Below, piece by piece: positions 52,418 through 64,000 of a stretch of DNA of 64,000 nt. The DNA is from Octopus vulgaris. Taxonomy: Eukaryota. The position numbers and the translations under genes are program-made. The stretch is from assembly GCA_951406725.2 (NCBI GenBank), contig OX597823.1, forward strand, positions 59,086,001 to 59,150,000, read 5' to 3'. Numbering within the stretch: the first letter of the stretch is position 1; each line of letters starts with the position of its first letter. The notes under the pieces are model-generated. The model made no database searches, was not told where the DNA came from, and saw only the letters and a list, made by a program, of their open reading frames with translations.

Positions 52418-52860
52418 CAACAACAACAACAACAACAATTCTGATATAGGCCAAGGTTACACATAACACTCTGATTCAATAATGGAGCCATTCTGAAAAT
52501 AGGGAACAAAGTAATAGACAATAGCAAAATCTATTAACCAGGGCAACAGAAAATATCTTTAAGCTTTGATTAAAAACCAATCGACTCTGGGAAATAGTAG
52601 AACTGGGTTCTCATGGAAATTTACAGACAAACAAACTCTAATATTCGTTTCACATTTTGGCATAAGGCCAGTAATTTTGAGGGGCAGTAAGTCAATTACA
52701 TCGACCTCAGTGTTCAGCTGGTACTTATTTTATCGACCCCGAAAAGCTTAAAGTAAAATTTTAATTCCTCGGCGGAATCCTAATTCGGAACGTATGGACG
52801 GACAAATTGCCGCTAAGTATTTTATCCGGCGTTCTAACGATTCCGCCAGCTCGTTGCCTT
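52170..52860 (-). mobile_element. Two SINE family B copies (52170-52381 and 52655-52860)
   Basis: gattacatcgacc...tacttattttaatcgacc...gaaatgccgctaagcatttt; the second copy ends gccagctcgttgcctt. Confidence 0.82.
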
Positions 52861-53389
52861 ATTACAGACACTAACGTTAACGAACTATTTAAGGAATACA
52901 ATTTACTCAATAACCATGGTAGTATAATGGGAAACTGAATTTTATCCTGATAAACCTTACTCAGTAAAATAGACCGGGTAGGTTTCTCGTCAGATAAAAA
53001 ACCACAACTAGAATCACGTATTTAAAAAAAAAAAAAACTGAATAAAAAAAGAGAAGACATCTAAAAAGGGTTCCTGAAAATGAGTGAAATATTGAAACAT
53101 CTAGCCTTTGCAAAGATGCGTCGGGAAGAACACTAAAATGAAGACATCTTTAAACAGAATTCTTTTGAAATAAATACTGAATCATTCTTCAATGACACAA
53201 AGAAGAGAAACATAACATTGGGTGATAACAGAAATAATTGCAGTCATATTGGAAGAACATATAGAATAAAAATGTGCATCAAAATAATGAGTTACAATGG
53301 ATAATAAAATAGAATACAAATAAACATACAATAGCATTAATATAAATAGTTGTGAATTTGCCAATAGTATCGAAATCATTAGCTATGAG

Positions 53390-53850
53390 AACACTACTAT
53401 CTCATCTTGGATTCAGCTGAGATATCAACACGACTATGGGATTAGGAAATTGTGTCAAAGCTACTTTAAAGAATAAGCAAAAATTATGAAGAATCAAATC
53501 AATAGCCAGACGCTGAAATCAGAAAATTAGAATAGAACCATCCATATAAGTACTTTCGATTAGATAATACCGATACGGTACAACACACAAAAGTAAATGA
53601 AAAAGAAAATTAGAAGAGAAATACTACAGAATTATCAGACGAATATGAAAAATCAAACCCAATGCCAGAAATAAGATTATAGATACAAATACACTAACCA
53701 TACATCTTCGATATCATAAATTGGTAGTTAAGTGAGCTGAAGAGTCTATATAGAGAAATCGGAAAACTACATTCCCATTCTTAACCTAGAAATCATGTAA
53801 CTGATATATAGATAAGATATACGTGCCACGTGAAAATGAGACAGAAGACG
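53390..53850 (+). mobile_element. Highly decayed R4/Dong-like RT/post-RT fragment
   Basis: 'EIRKLE...PYKY', 'IRREYYRIIRR', 'NARNKII..NTL' and 'DKIYVPREN' parallel the 42397-43605 copy. Confidence 0.65.
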
Positions 53851-54275
53851 AAAATAAAAGAAGTTCTGCAGTTTATCAACAGGAGTGCAGAAGATATTAA
53901 GAGTAGGTGCAGATTAATTTCTGTGAGGCAACGTAAAAGAATAAAAAACATTTTTTTTCTCTTGGTACATAAGGAAACCGTAGGTACAAAGTAGACGTTA
54001 GGTTCACTAAGGAAAATGTTTGGTTGAAAACAAAATAACAGATATGGTGAAGAAAAAAGAAAACAATAAATTCTAAGCAGAGCCTGTAAAGGAATTAGAG
54101 AATAAAATATAAAAGTTGGAGTCCGTCTAACGCTCAGTATTCAGTAAGCTAGACTCGCATAAAATAAATCTTTATGAAATAATTCATTGCTCTAGCATAA
54201 AGGTCTTTTGAGACACGACCTGAGCTTAACGGCATTTGATCAATGGTTTCTGATTAAGGGAAATGTCAGTGTGAA

Positions 54276-54530
54276 GGCGTGTGGCCTGGTGGTTGGTGTG
54301 TTAAACTTACGGTCGCAAGATCTTAGCTCCGATCCCGAACCGGAAAGTGTGTTGTGTTCTTAAGAAAAACACTTCATTTCCCGTTGCTCCATTCCAGTCA
54401 GGCGTAAATGAGTAACGTTGCGACAGACTGGTGTCCCTGTGAAGGATGAATGTCGTGACCTCTGTCTCTTATACGTCAATGTAAACCGAGTAAACGGCCT
54501 GATGAGCCCCAAAATTCGAAACAGGACTTG
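54276..54530 (+). mobile_element. tRNA-derived SINE family C, near full length
   Basis: Head ggcgtgtggcctggtggtt, core tgttgtgttcttaagaaaaacactt...gcgacagactggtgtccc, tail aaaccgagtaaacggcctgatgagcc. Confidence 0.7.
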
Positions 54531-55434
54531 ATGACAATGTTGATAATCAACGTCGAGTAAAAACCTTGTAATATTAGATCAATAAATAAATGATAAAATG
54601 GTTCGTCCATGTCTATTTTAAATCCTTTTCATCACTTATCGTACACAATCATATTTTTTGATGGAATTAATTTGTCTTTCGTTGTGAGCCAAACTATTTT
54701 TCTTCTCAGTTTTTTTCTCCCCGTCTCTGTCTCTATCTCTCTCTCATTCTCTCTCGCTCTCACTAACTCCCATTAATTTGCTACCCTTCCTCTCGTTGTC
54801 TTGTTCTATATTGCACTCTTCTTTTTAGCACAAACTCTCTCTTGCTCTCTACGGTCTCTCTCTCTCTCACTCGCTCCCTTTCAGGTTACGCGCTCCTACT
54901 GATATCCAACACTCCTTTCTGTGGCCTTTTTGTCTCACGAAAGTCGCAATATTTCTCTCAGCTCAGGTTATACCTTAACGAAAGAATCTTTACATATTAC
55001 GTCTAAGGGACTATTTTCCAACCTTGTCTCTGTCGTAACTCGGAAGGCACTTTCTCTCTCAATAATCTGATCTGTTCTTATTTCCATATCAATCTTTTTT
55101 CTCTGGCTTTTTTTGTTTTTAGATCTAAGGTATTTATTTTAAAGTCCAGTATGATTTCTTTCGTCAGACTTGTTTCTCGCTTTGTTTTCTTTGGATGTAG
55201 AGGCTTTTCAGACGAAGGATACCAACTTTTTCAAGCACCAAAATCTGATGTTGGCTGATGAAATACTTCCGTCAATGTCTGTGTATTTTTATTCAACATA
55301 TTTATGCATTTTTTGTTCATTGTCATTACACAACTTCTGTCATTTTTTTTTCACTTCTAGAATACACAGTCATAGTTTTCATCGTAACTTTCATGCTATA
55401 TACATATACGTGTGTGTGTGCATGTGTTTGTGTG

Positions 55435-55466
<32 letters not shown>

Positions 55467-55484
55467 CGTACGCGCACATATATT

Positions 55485-55629
55485 ATTTCAAAGTTTGATT
55501 CGGTTCCCAGCGACTTAAAGTTTCGCGGGCTTCTAACTGAAACCTGTGTCCTTCCGGCTTTGATTACCAGATTTCTATTTGAAGCCCGCGAATCTTTAAG
55601 CCACTGTAGCGTTGAGTCAAACTTGTAAT
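55485..55629. repeat. Imperfect ~145-nt fold-back (probable decayed palindromic MITE)
   Basis: aagtttga...cttaaagtttcgcgggcttc..gaaacctg pairs with cagatttc..gaagcccgcgaatctttaag...tcaaactt. Confidence 0.8.
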
Positions 55630-55749
55630 TCCAGTACGAATTACAGGATAAAATGGGAAATCCTGGCAGATGATGGGATCAGAAACAAATATATAAACAC
55701 TACCGCATCTAAATTCAGAGACCTTGAACAAACAGAGTGAAACAGAGTA

Positions 55750-57020
55750 AAGATGGCTTTATTCAGCAGTTTCTTCTTCAGCGGTAAAATGCTGCTGACG
55801 AAAGAAGAGGCTCGATGTGACCCAAGTAACAAAAGAATCCCCTGGTTTTACCAGAATGTTAAAAACACCATCCGAGCTATGAAGAAAGCTTACAGAGCTT
55901 GGTTTGGAATCAAGTCCCTACATTTGAGCAAACGGTACACTCAAGAGGGAAAAGTTACAGAAGAAACCGTAAAAACATCGAAGGCTTATCCATGGGCGGA
56001 TATTGGGATTAAGCTGGATTCTCTGAATTTATGTTAGCCAAAGTGTTCAGCTGACCATCCGCCAACTTCATAACAAAAAGCTCTCTTCTACGCCTGCCAT
56101 TAAAATTTCGGTTGGAGCATTCTTGGTAGGTGGTAGTCACGATAAAGACGTTCTGGTAAACACGAGGTGCCTCTGGAGAGGAAGATTAATCTCTATGTCA
56201 TCGAGACGATTAAAGCGCTCAAATATGGCAAGATTACTGGAGGTGTTGAACTGCGGCTCGAGATGTCGAAAGCCTTAATAAGAGAAGGTATTTTCAGGCT
56301 GAGCTATATATAACAGATGGCTTGAACTTCTGGAAACATCAAAGCAATGACAATTAGAGATGATAATCTGAAATTTTAAGAAGGGAGAGGCGCTAATTAT
56401 ACAGGAGTCTCCTTGTTGAGCCTTCCCAGTAAAGATTACGCTAAATGTCTGGCAAAGAGATGTAGGGAAATTTTTGAATTCACAGTTGCTGGAGAGCAAT
56501 GAGGCTTCCGTTCCGGACGTAACACAACCGACCGGATATTCACTCTACGGAAAGTCTTACAGGAACCGATGGAATGTTGCCAAGATGTGTACACTGGCTT
56601 TGTAGGCCTCGAAAAGATATATGACCGCGTGCTGCGGCTATAGAGGGGTGTTGCAAGAGATTGGAATTAATGGCCACTTTCTGGGTGAAGTCCCTATACG
56701 AATACTCTCATGTTTGACTTCGGGTAAATCGTGAAACCCTTTATACTGGGTGTTGGGCTTCAGCGGGAGTTTATTTGTCCCCTCTCTTATTCATACTTTT
56801 TTATGAACTGAATTGACACAGTGCAGCCGTTGTAGAAGCAGTATCACAATCGATGGGTGTAGGAACGGTCGGCAAATATTTTCAGACGACACAGTGCTAC
56901 TTTACTCATCAGAAGATGATCTTCAGCCTTCACTGAAAGGGTTCGATGTCGAGTGCTGTAAGGTTTACTGCGTTTATCGTATAAATACAGATAAATACAT
57001 GCTGGTAAAAAGCGTAGAGT
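55750..57020 (+). mobile_element. RTE-clade LINE RT region, highly decayed
   Basis: 'PWFYQNVKNTIRAMKKAYRAW', 'NYTGVSLLSLPSKDYAKCL', 'GFRSGRNTTDRIFTLR', 'FVGLEKIYDRV', 'LSPLLFILFM' and 'FSDDTVLL' across frames. Confidence 0.85.
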
Positions 57021-58461
57021 GATCATGGAATTTAATGTTAAAATGCTTTCTGTAGAACTTTACAAAACAAAAGCTTCAATATGTGTGTGTGCGTGTGTGT
57101 CCTTTAACTTTTATTTGTTTCAGTTATTAGACGCGGCCAAAGCCTGTGTGACTGTCTGCCACTCTGTATGTAGATATGCATGTATGATTAAGTCATCGAT
57201 ACTGCTTCACCTCCTTATTCAATAAAACAGGAAAGTATCATTCACACATACATTATGGGGTAATAGAAATTCGTTTACAAACGGATCAGAAGAGACAGAA
57301 CAGCGTTAGAAATAACTTCACAACACGATAAATTATTCTTTATAAGCTATGAACAACAGCGACGGAAGCAGTATTAGCAGCAAAAGCAAACCTTAAATCT
57401 AACTTAATGTGGATATCTTGTTAGAATGCCGAATGTTGTAGTATTAGATTTGACAGGTCCTCTCCTATAGGTAAATGGTGCAGACAAAAACTGTCTGTTG
57501 TGGGCGCCGGAACTGCTAGATCATATGATTTCAGTCTACTCAGCCTTCTCAGTGGCAGGTGTCCGATGACTGCATACCAGCTAAATCTTGTAGCCACGAT
57601 ATGTAGAATTCCATTGTCTTTTCAGTTACTGATTTCGCAAATAGCCAGCAGGTTTATTAAAAATAGTTATTAGCAACAGAAACAATATTAATACCTAAGC
57701 ACAATCTTTATATTCAACTTAATATGGATGTCATGTTAAATCTCCGAATAATGCAGCATTAGCATTCAGTGATTCTAAACTATTTCAATCCTTCAAAGAC
57801 AAAGTTTATCGAAAAACCAGAAAAGCAAAAAGGATCAGTTTTAAAATCCATATAGGGTAGATGGAAAGAGTATTGACAAATGAATAGAACATGGCGATAT
57901 AAGAATGCAGAAAATGCATTGTATTTACGCAGAAATATGACAAAGAATGACAACTAGTTACAACGAAAAGAATACTAATTATGGTTGCATAAAAAAAAAA
58001 AACTACATTTGCTTCAAATTTTCTCCAGAAAATTTTCGTAAATGAAGTTACGCAAGTTTGTTACTAAATACTTCGTGATTAGCAAACCACGTTATATTTC
58101 CATTATAGTTCCATCAAAAACCTATTTGTCTGCGTATATTCTATTAGAGTTGCCAGACAACGTTATTAATTTTAAATTAACTGTAACTATGTACTCTGAC
58201 CTTTTTTGTGACTCAATATTAAACCAGTTTGTTTCTTTAACATTGTTTTTAAGCTTTCTGTAGACACCATAATTGCTTCCTCCTGTAATTTTTCGAGATT
58301 ATAATGTCTATGAGAATGTCTACGGAAGAGCAATTTGTAAAATTTTGTAAATATCAATATTCATTCCTCATCAACATAATCATGTTTGGTTTAACATTAA
58401 ATTTTTCTAATACAATATATGTGCATTTCCGTGCGCACGCACACACACACACACAGACACA

Positions 58462-58493
<32 letters not shown>

Positions 58494-59344
58494 TTGATAT
58501 ATATATATATATATATATATCTGCATGAATATACACACAGACACACAAGCACACACATACATCCATAGAAGCTGGTGTCTTATGTTTTTGTATGTATGTT
58601 TGTATGTATGTATATGTATTTATGCATATATGTATGTAGATATATATATGAATATGCATACATATATGCACTTGTATATATGAGTGCATGTTATTATATA
58701 TATATGTTGTATATTAAGACGATTGACCGTGGATTTGGATTATATTTAATACTATTTTGTTGAGTACATGTCCATTAAATTTTTACAAAGAAAGGGGTGA
58801 AAGTGCATTCGAGTTTTCGGACAGTCAGTCCACGTTAGTTGCATCTTATATATATATCGCAAATAAGAAAATGGAGGATAACAATAGGTGATTCATCAAC
58901 TTTTGGACATTAAAATGTTAACTTACATAAATATGTATATATACAAAGAGGAGAAGAAGAAGAAGAGAGAGAGAGAAATATATATAAATATGTGGGTGTA
59001 TTTATATGTGTATGTATGTCATTATTCAGTTTATTTCAAGATTTCTTGCCAACAGAGAAAGAACCGGTTTCTAACCTAAATCCAAGGTTCGTTCATTGGG
59101 ATTTCAACACCAACGACAGGGTATTTTTGTTTGTATTATGTATGTATGTATGTACGTACGTATGTATGTATGTACGTATGTATGTATGTATGTATGTATG
59201 TATGTATGTATGTATGTATGTATGCATGTATATATGTATATATATATGTATGTATGTATGCATGTGCAGAATTGTATATTTTATGTATGTATGCATGTGC
59301 ACAATTGTACATTTTATGTATGTATTCTCATGCATATAGTCACA

Positions 59345-59486
59345 TGTTGTCAGCTGAGCATGCTATATATATGATCCAGCATAATTTGTTTTCTTTCTCA
59401 ATTAAGACTATGTCTGGCTTCCTATTCTCTATTTCATGGTCGCACTGAATCATAAAATCCCATAGGATTTTTGCATTACCATTTTC
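59345..59486 (-). mobile_element. Isolated 142-bp internal R4/Dong-like RLE fragment
   Basis: 'ENGNAKILWDFMIQCDHEIENRKPDIVLIEKENKLCWII'; about 10 differences from 63479-63620 by manual alignment. Confidence 0.9.
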
Positions 59487-60144
59487 ATGTATGTATATAT
59501 GTATGTATGCATGTGCAGAATTGTATATTTTATGCATATATTCTCATGCATATAGTTACATGTATAGACATGCTCATACATATTTAAATGGTAAACTTCT
59601 GGAAAGTTTTACAGATTTTTACAGTTCCAGTAATGGATTGGATCGGTAATCTTCAAATTAGCATTCTCCATTCTGGTTTTGAGAAGCCTATTTAAGTAGT
59701 GTGTTATGTATGTATGTATGTATGTATGTATGTATGTATGTATGTATGTATGTATGTATGTATGTATGCATGTATGTATCTATGTATGTATGTATGTATG
59801 TATGTATCTATGTATGCAGTCTGGTGTAGGCTAGCAATACAAATATATGTACCTTGCGAGTAAACATGGGTACACGGAAACTGCATAGAAGCTATGCATG
59901 TCTTGGAGATGCTATGTTATGAAATCCAATGTCTTTGAGATACTATGCTCATGCCAGTTGCATGAGCCTGATATTTCAATACATCGAACAACTAAATACT
60001 GGAAGTAGAAAATTCTGGCGAAGATCAATTTATGTATGCACATATATACACAAGCACACAAACACGTGTATATGCATGTGTTGTAGTGATTAATAAAAAG
60101 CTGCCTAACCGTTCTTACTCCTCCTTTTGACTTTTTTGCTTTTT

Positions 60145-60202
<58 letters not shown>

Positions 60203-60326
60203 CATTATGCATGTATGTATATATAAATTGTTTTCAACATACATTAACAATATATATACAATATACACACATAAACGCACACACATAAGTGTACCAATAC
60301 ACCTATGTATACATACTCTAACACGA

Positions 60327-60397
<71 letters not shown>

Positions 60398-61202
60398 CGT
60401 ATGCATGTATTTATGCATATTTTAGTGACATTACCGTGTTTTGCATGAAAGAAAGAATGGCATGCAATGGCATGCCTAAATTATAGGAATGAGTGCAAGC
60501 AACGAAATCAGATTACAATATAAATCTTTTATTCTTATGAGAGACAGCAAGGGCAAGAGAGTAAATACATGCTATGTATATATCGTACTTCAATTATAGG
60601 GCTTTATATTTTCTCATTGCATGCACTAGGTACATATTAGGTGTTCCTCCGATATATGTACATACACATATATAGTTTTAAATATCTCTCTCTCTATATA
60701 TATATATGTATACACAGATAGTCAAACACACATACATATAACAGCATGTGTAATTCTTCCTTCTTTCCATCGTAGTGCAAAGATTCTCGTATTCACACGC
60801 CTGATGTATGTGTTTGTGTTTACTATCCGTTATAGGATATTCTGCATGTGAAAAATAGTAGGAATTCTTATGATTGTACTTGCATTTGTTAGATCGATTT
60901 TCATTAGTTAATGGTAGTCCCACTTCTACAGAACAATATTATTATTGTCTTTACACGGTTCTGTCTTCGACTCTTCCTGGTTTTTCGTGCGCAGTCGTCT
61001 GTATCTTACAACTACAATAAACTGTTGCCAGCATAGCAATGAACAATATTGTTTCAGGCGTCGAAATTCTAATGATTACAATTCATAATATATGAAGAGA
61101 TCGAATATATGCATGTCAGATTGTGCCGTATTCTCCCTTTCTATTTATCTCTCTCAATTTCTCTCTCTTATCATTCTCATCACCATCATCATTATTATTA
61201 TC

Positions 61203-61482
61203 GAGTCAGAGAGCAGTGCATGCCATCAAAGTGACACTGGTGTAGAATATACGAAGCCCAGTATACCCATCATGACTACCCGTCTGATAAGAGTACTCTA
61301 GGCACATGCATCACAACCATAAGTGTGAGACATGGTGATCTCGTATCAAGATAAACAGCACATGACCTTGCAGGTGGGGCCCAGTTAGAATTTTCTTCTT
61401 GTCGAGTAACCCATACCGCTCAAAAGGTCTCTGAATAAGGGTTGTTTAAGGATGTTGAACGATACCCCCATGTTTCCAGAGG
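61203..61482 (-). mobile_element. Partial copy of the ~550-bp unclassified element
   Basis: Aligns with 32873-33153; bounded by (ATT)n. Confidence 0.85.
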
Positions 61483-61489
61483 TTATTAA

Positions 61490-61576
<87 letters not shown>

Positions 61577-61591
61577 CATTATTATTATTAA

Positions 61592-61880
61592 CGCGGCGAG
61601 CTAGCAGGGTCGTTAGCACACCGGGCATGATGCTTAGCGGCATTTCGTCCGTTTGCACGATCTGAGTTCAAATTCCCATTCCCTCACTTCCTCCAAATTT
61701 GAGGCCTTATGCTTCCAGTATAATGGATTATTATTATTATCATTATTAAGGGTGTCTGTCTTTACGTTCTGAGTTCAAATACCACCGAGGTCGATTTTGC
61801 CTTTCAACTTTTTGGGCTCGATCTAATCGACTGGCCCCCTTCCCCAAAATCTCAGGCCTTGTGCCTAGAGTAGAAAGGAA
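61592..61880 (+). mobile_element. Two SINE family B pieces in (ATT)n
   Basis: gcggcgagctagcagggtcgttagcac... and gttctgagttcaaataccaccgaggtcg...caggccttgtgcctagagtagaaagg. Confidence 0.85.
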
Positions 61881-61988
61881 TATATGAAGAGATAGAATAT
61901 ATGCATGTCCGTTTGTGCTGTATTCTACCGTCCTATTGCTCTCCATCTCTTCCTCTCTTTCCCTATCTATCTTATGATGATGATGATG

Positions 61989-62040
<52 letters not shown>

Positions 62041-62056
62041 TAATAATAATAATATG

Positions 62057-62089
<33 letters not shown>

Positions 62090-62092
62090 TTG

Positions 62093-62208
62093 TCAATACC
62101 ACAGATTTGTTGCAGTGTTTGACATTAACCAGTTGAGCATGTCTTAGTGGCTGACGATATGTGCATCTTGATCACGAGCAGAAGTAGAACAATAGCCATG
62201 TGTTGAGG
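62093..62208 (+). mobile_element. Internal fragment of the ~550-bp element, opposite orientation, in (TAA)n
   Basis: tcaataccacagatttg...ttaaccagttgagcatgtc...gctgacgatat is the reverse complement of ~33178-33309. Confidence 0.8.
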
Positions 62209-62224
62209 ATTATTTGTTAAATAT

Positions 62225-62296
<72 letters not shown>

Positions 62297-62305
62297 TTCT
62301 CTCCC

Positions 62306-62359
<54 letters not shown>

Positions 62360-62399
62360 CTACGAGTATTCTAATACTCACAGAGTCAACGTACGAACA

Positions 62400-62680
62400 T
62401 CTAGAAAAATTGGAGTCCTGTCATATGAGCAAAAGCGTTGCAAGCGTAAGTGCAGAGAGACCAAATATCAACTCCTGATAGATAAAACTGTACTCAAACT
62501 GAAAGTAACTTAGCCATGCCATGGATCGACTTTCGTAAGGCGCAGAACATGAACCCTAATTCTTGGATTATGGAATGTATGAACCTCTTCGGTATTGCAT
62601 CCAATGTTGAGCGATTTCTTGGAAAAAGTATGGCGTATTGGAGGACGGACCTCACAGCATACGGAAGAAGTTTAGGGAGT
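62400..62680 (+). mobile_element. R4/Dong-like RT fragment
   Basis: 'CKRKCRETKYQLLIDKTVL', 'NLAMPWIDFRKAQNMNPNSWIMECMNLFGI..NV.RFL.KSM..WRTDL'. Confidence 0.85.
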
Positions 62681-62682
62681 TT

Positions 62683-63139
62683 CTGCATCACAACAAAATG
62701 GCCACGACATGGTTATTTCATATCAAGATAGACAGGGCATGACCTCGCTGGTGAGGTTGAGTTACAATTTTCTTCTGTTCGAGTACCCCATCCCGCTCAC
62801 AAGTTCCCTGGATAAGGGTTGTTTAAGGATGTTGAATAAAACATCCATGTTTCTAGAGGTGAATTATTCATGCCCCGAAGAATTCCTTTCAATATATGAC
62901 TATGATGACCCCCCCCCCAACCTACTACTTCTGTTCGTGGTCAGAGATGCACATATCATCAGCCACTAGAGGACATGTTCAACCGGTTAAAGTCAAACAA
63001 GTGACAAGCAAATCGGTGTTAGTGAGTAGAATATTTGCAGCAGTCCATCTTTTATAACAAGGCAAAAAACGTACATAACACTTCCAAACAGTTAAGACGA
63101 GAAGCCATGAAAGCCACTGTCTGTACTCCATCAGGGCAT
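62683..63139 (-). mobile_element. Copy of the ~550-bp unclassified element
   Basis: Aligns with ~32977-33426 and shares the catcagggcat terminus. Confidence 0.85.
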
Positions 63140-63159
63140 TTACTGTTGTTATTACTATT

Positions 63160-64000
63160 ATTTTCTTTGCACAGGTTCTAACACTGGAGATGTGTTACGG
63201 TGTCAGCTGTTCACTACCAGTGAACTAATGTAACACCTCTTATTTTTCTAGCACCTTCCGGAGTATTCGAGCGGTTCCAAGCAGTGCTGTTTTCTGCAAG
63301 TGCTCCACTCTTATTGCAGCCCTATGTGTTCCATGAACTTCACAAGACTTTTACTCACTGTTCCCAGGGCTCCGACAATTATTGGTACAACTACCATCTT
63401 TACAGCGACCACAACTGCTTAACTTCCCTAGCTAACCTGTCATATCTATCGACTTTCTTTCTTCCTTATCACATACCTTGTTGCCAGCTGGGCATGCTAT
63501 GTCTATGATCCAGCATAGTTTGTTTTCTTTCTCAATTAAGAATATCACTGGCTTCCTATTCTCTATTTCATGGTCGCACTGAATCATAAAATCCCATATG
63601 ATTTTTGCATTATCATTTTCGACGTTGACTTCGAGTTTGTAGTCGTACCAATTTTTTGCTCTGTCAAGTCCATACTTGTTGCAAAGTATCCAATGGACAA
63701 GCCTGGCTATATTGTCGTGGCGTCTCTTATATTCATTCTGGACTAGTGGCGTACATTGGCTGGTAATATACTACACGGCTTCACCATCACTTTCTGATCA
63801 GTTGTCTGTTCTGTATTTTATGTAGTTTGTTCTAAATGCTTGCTCTTGGGCAGTACAGATTAGAACCTTCGTTTTCGGTTTCAAATCACTTTTAGTCATC
63901 CACAGCAATCTTTTTTCTCTGTCTGTTTTATCTTCAACATCCCTATCAAATTGACCATGCATTCTTTTCTTTACCCACCTATTTTCGGTTTCATTCATTT
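63160..64000 (-). mobile_element. R4/Dong-like LINE 3' end (knuckle, RLE, 3' UTR), continuing beyond the window
   Basis: 'RWVKKRMHGQF...KSDLKPKTKVLICTAQEQAFRTNYIK', 'EYKRRHDNIARLVHW', 'IIWDFMIQCDHEIENRKP', 'VPIIVGALGTV' and 'LLGTARILRKVL'. Confidence 0.92.

Noticed and set aside
57471-57558. Putative exon encoding 'KLSVVGAGTAR' (Rossmann-like)
   Set aside because: The GxGxxG motif is incomplete, the donor (gtgtcc) is weak, and there are no partner exons.

Overview
This is AT-rich eukaryotic (metazoan) intronic or intergenic DNA, dominated by microsatellites ((TA)n, (CA)n, (TAA)n, (TCT)n, (TATG)n) and decayed transposable elements. The two abundant tRNA-headed SINE families resemble, from memory, those of Octopus (OK/OR-type), so an octopod source is inferred but not verified. 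No host protein-coding exon can be called confidently, and almost all listed ORFs are microsatellite artefacts. Recognisable relics are: a near full-length but dead cecropia/Hsmar1-like mariner (46120-47393), a Helitron Pif1-helicase 3' end with terminal hairpin and CTAG, about ten R4/Dong-like restriction-endonuclease LINE fragments sitting in (TAA)n, RTE and CR1 RT fragments, Penelope-like RT fragments, a Gypsy pol fragment cut by a 100-N gap, and several MITEs. The most notable structures are three asymmetric fold-back elements each bracketed by (TA)n, several degenerate hammerhead-ribozyme-like cores, a strand-polarised co-clustering of R4/Dong fragments, SINE-B and an unclassified ~550-bp non-coding element in TAA tracts, and an isolated GC-rich 90-nt hairpin. 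Nothing here demonstrates a new biological system; these are candidates that need computation. Most TE boundaries are approximate.
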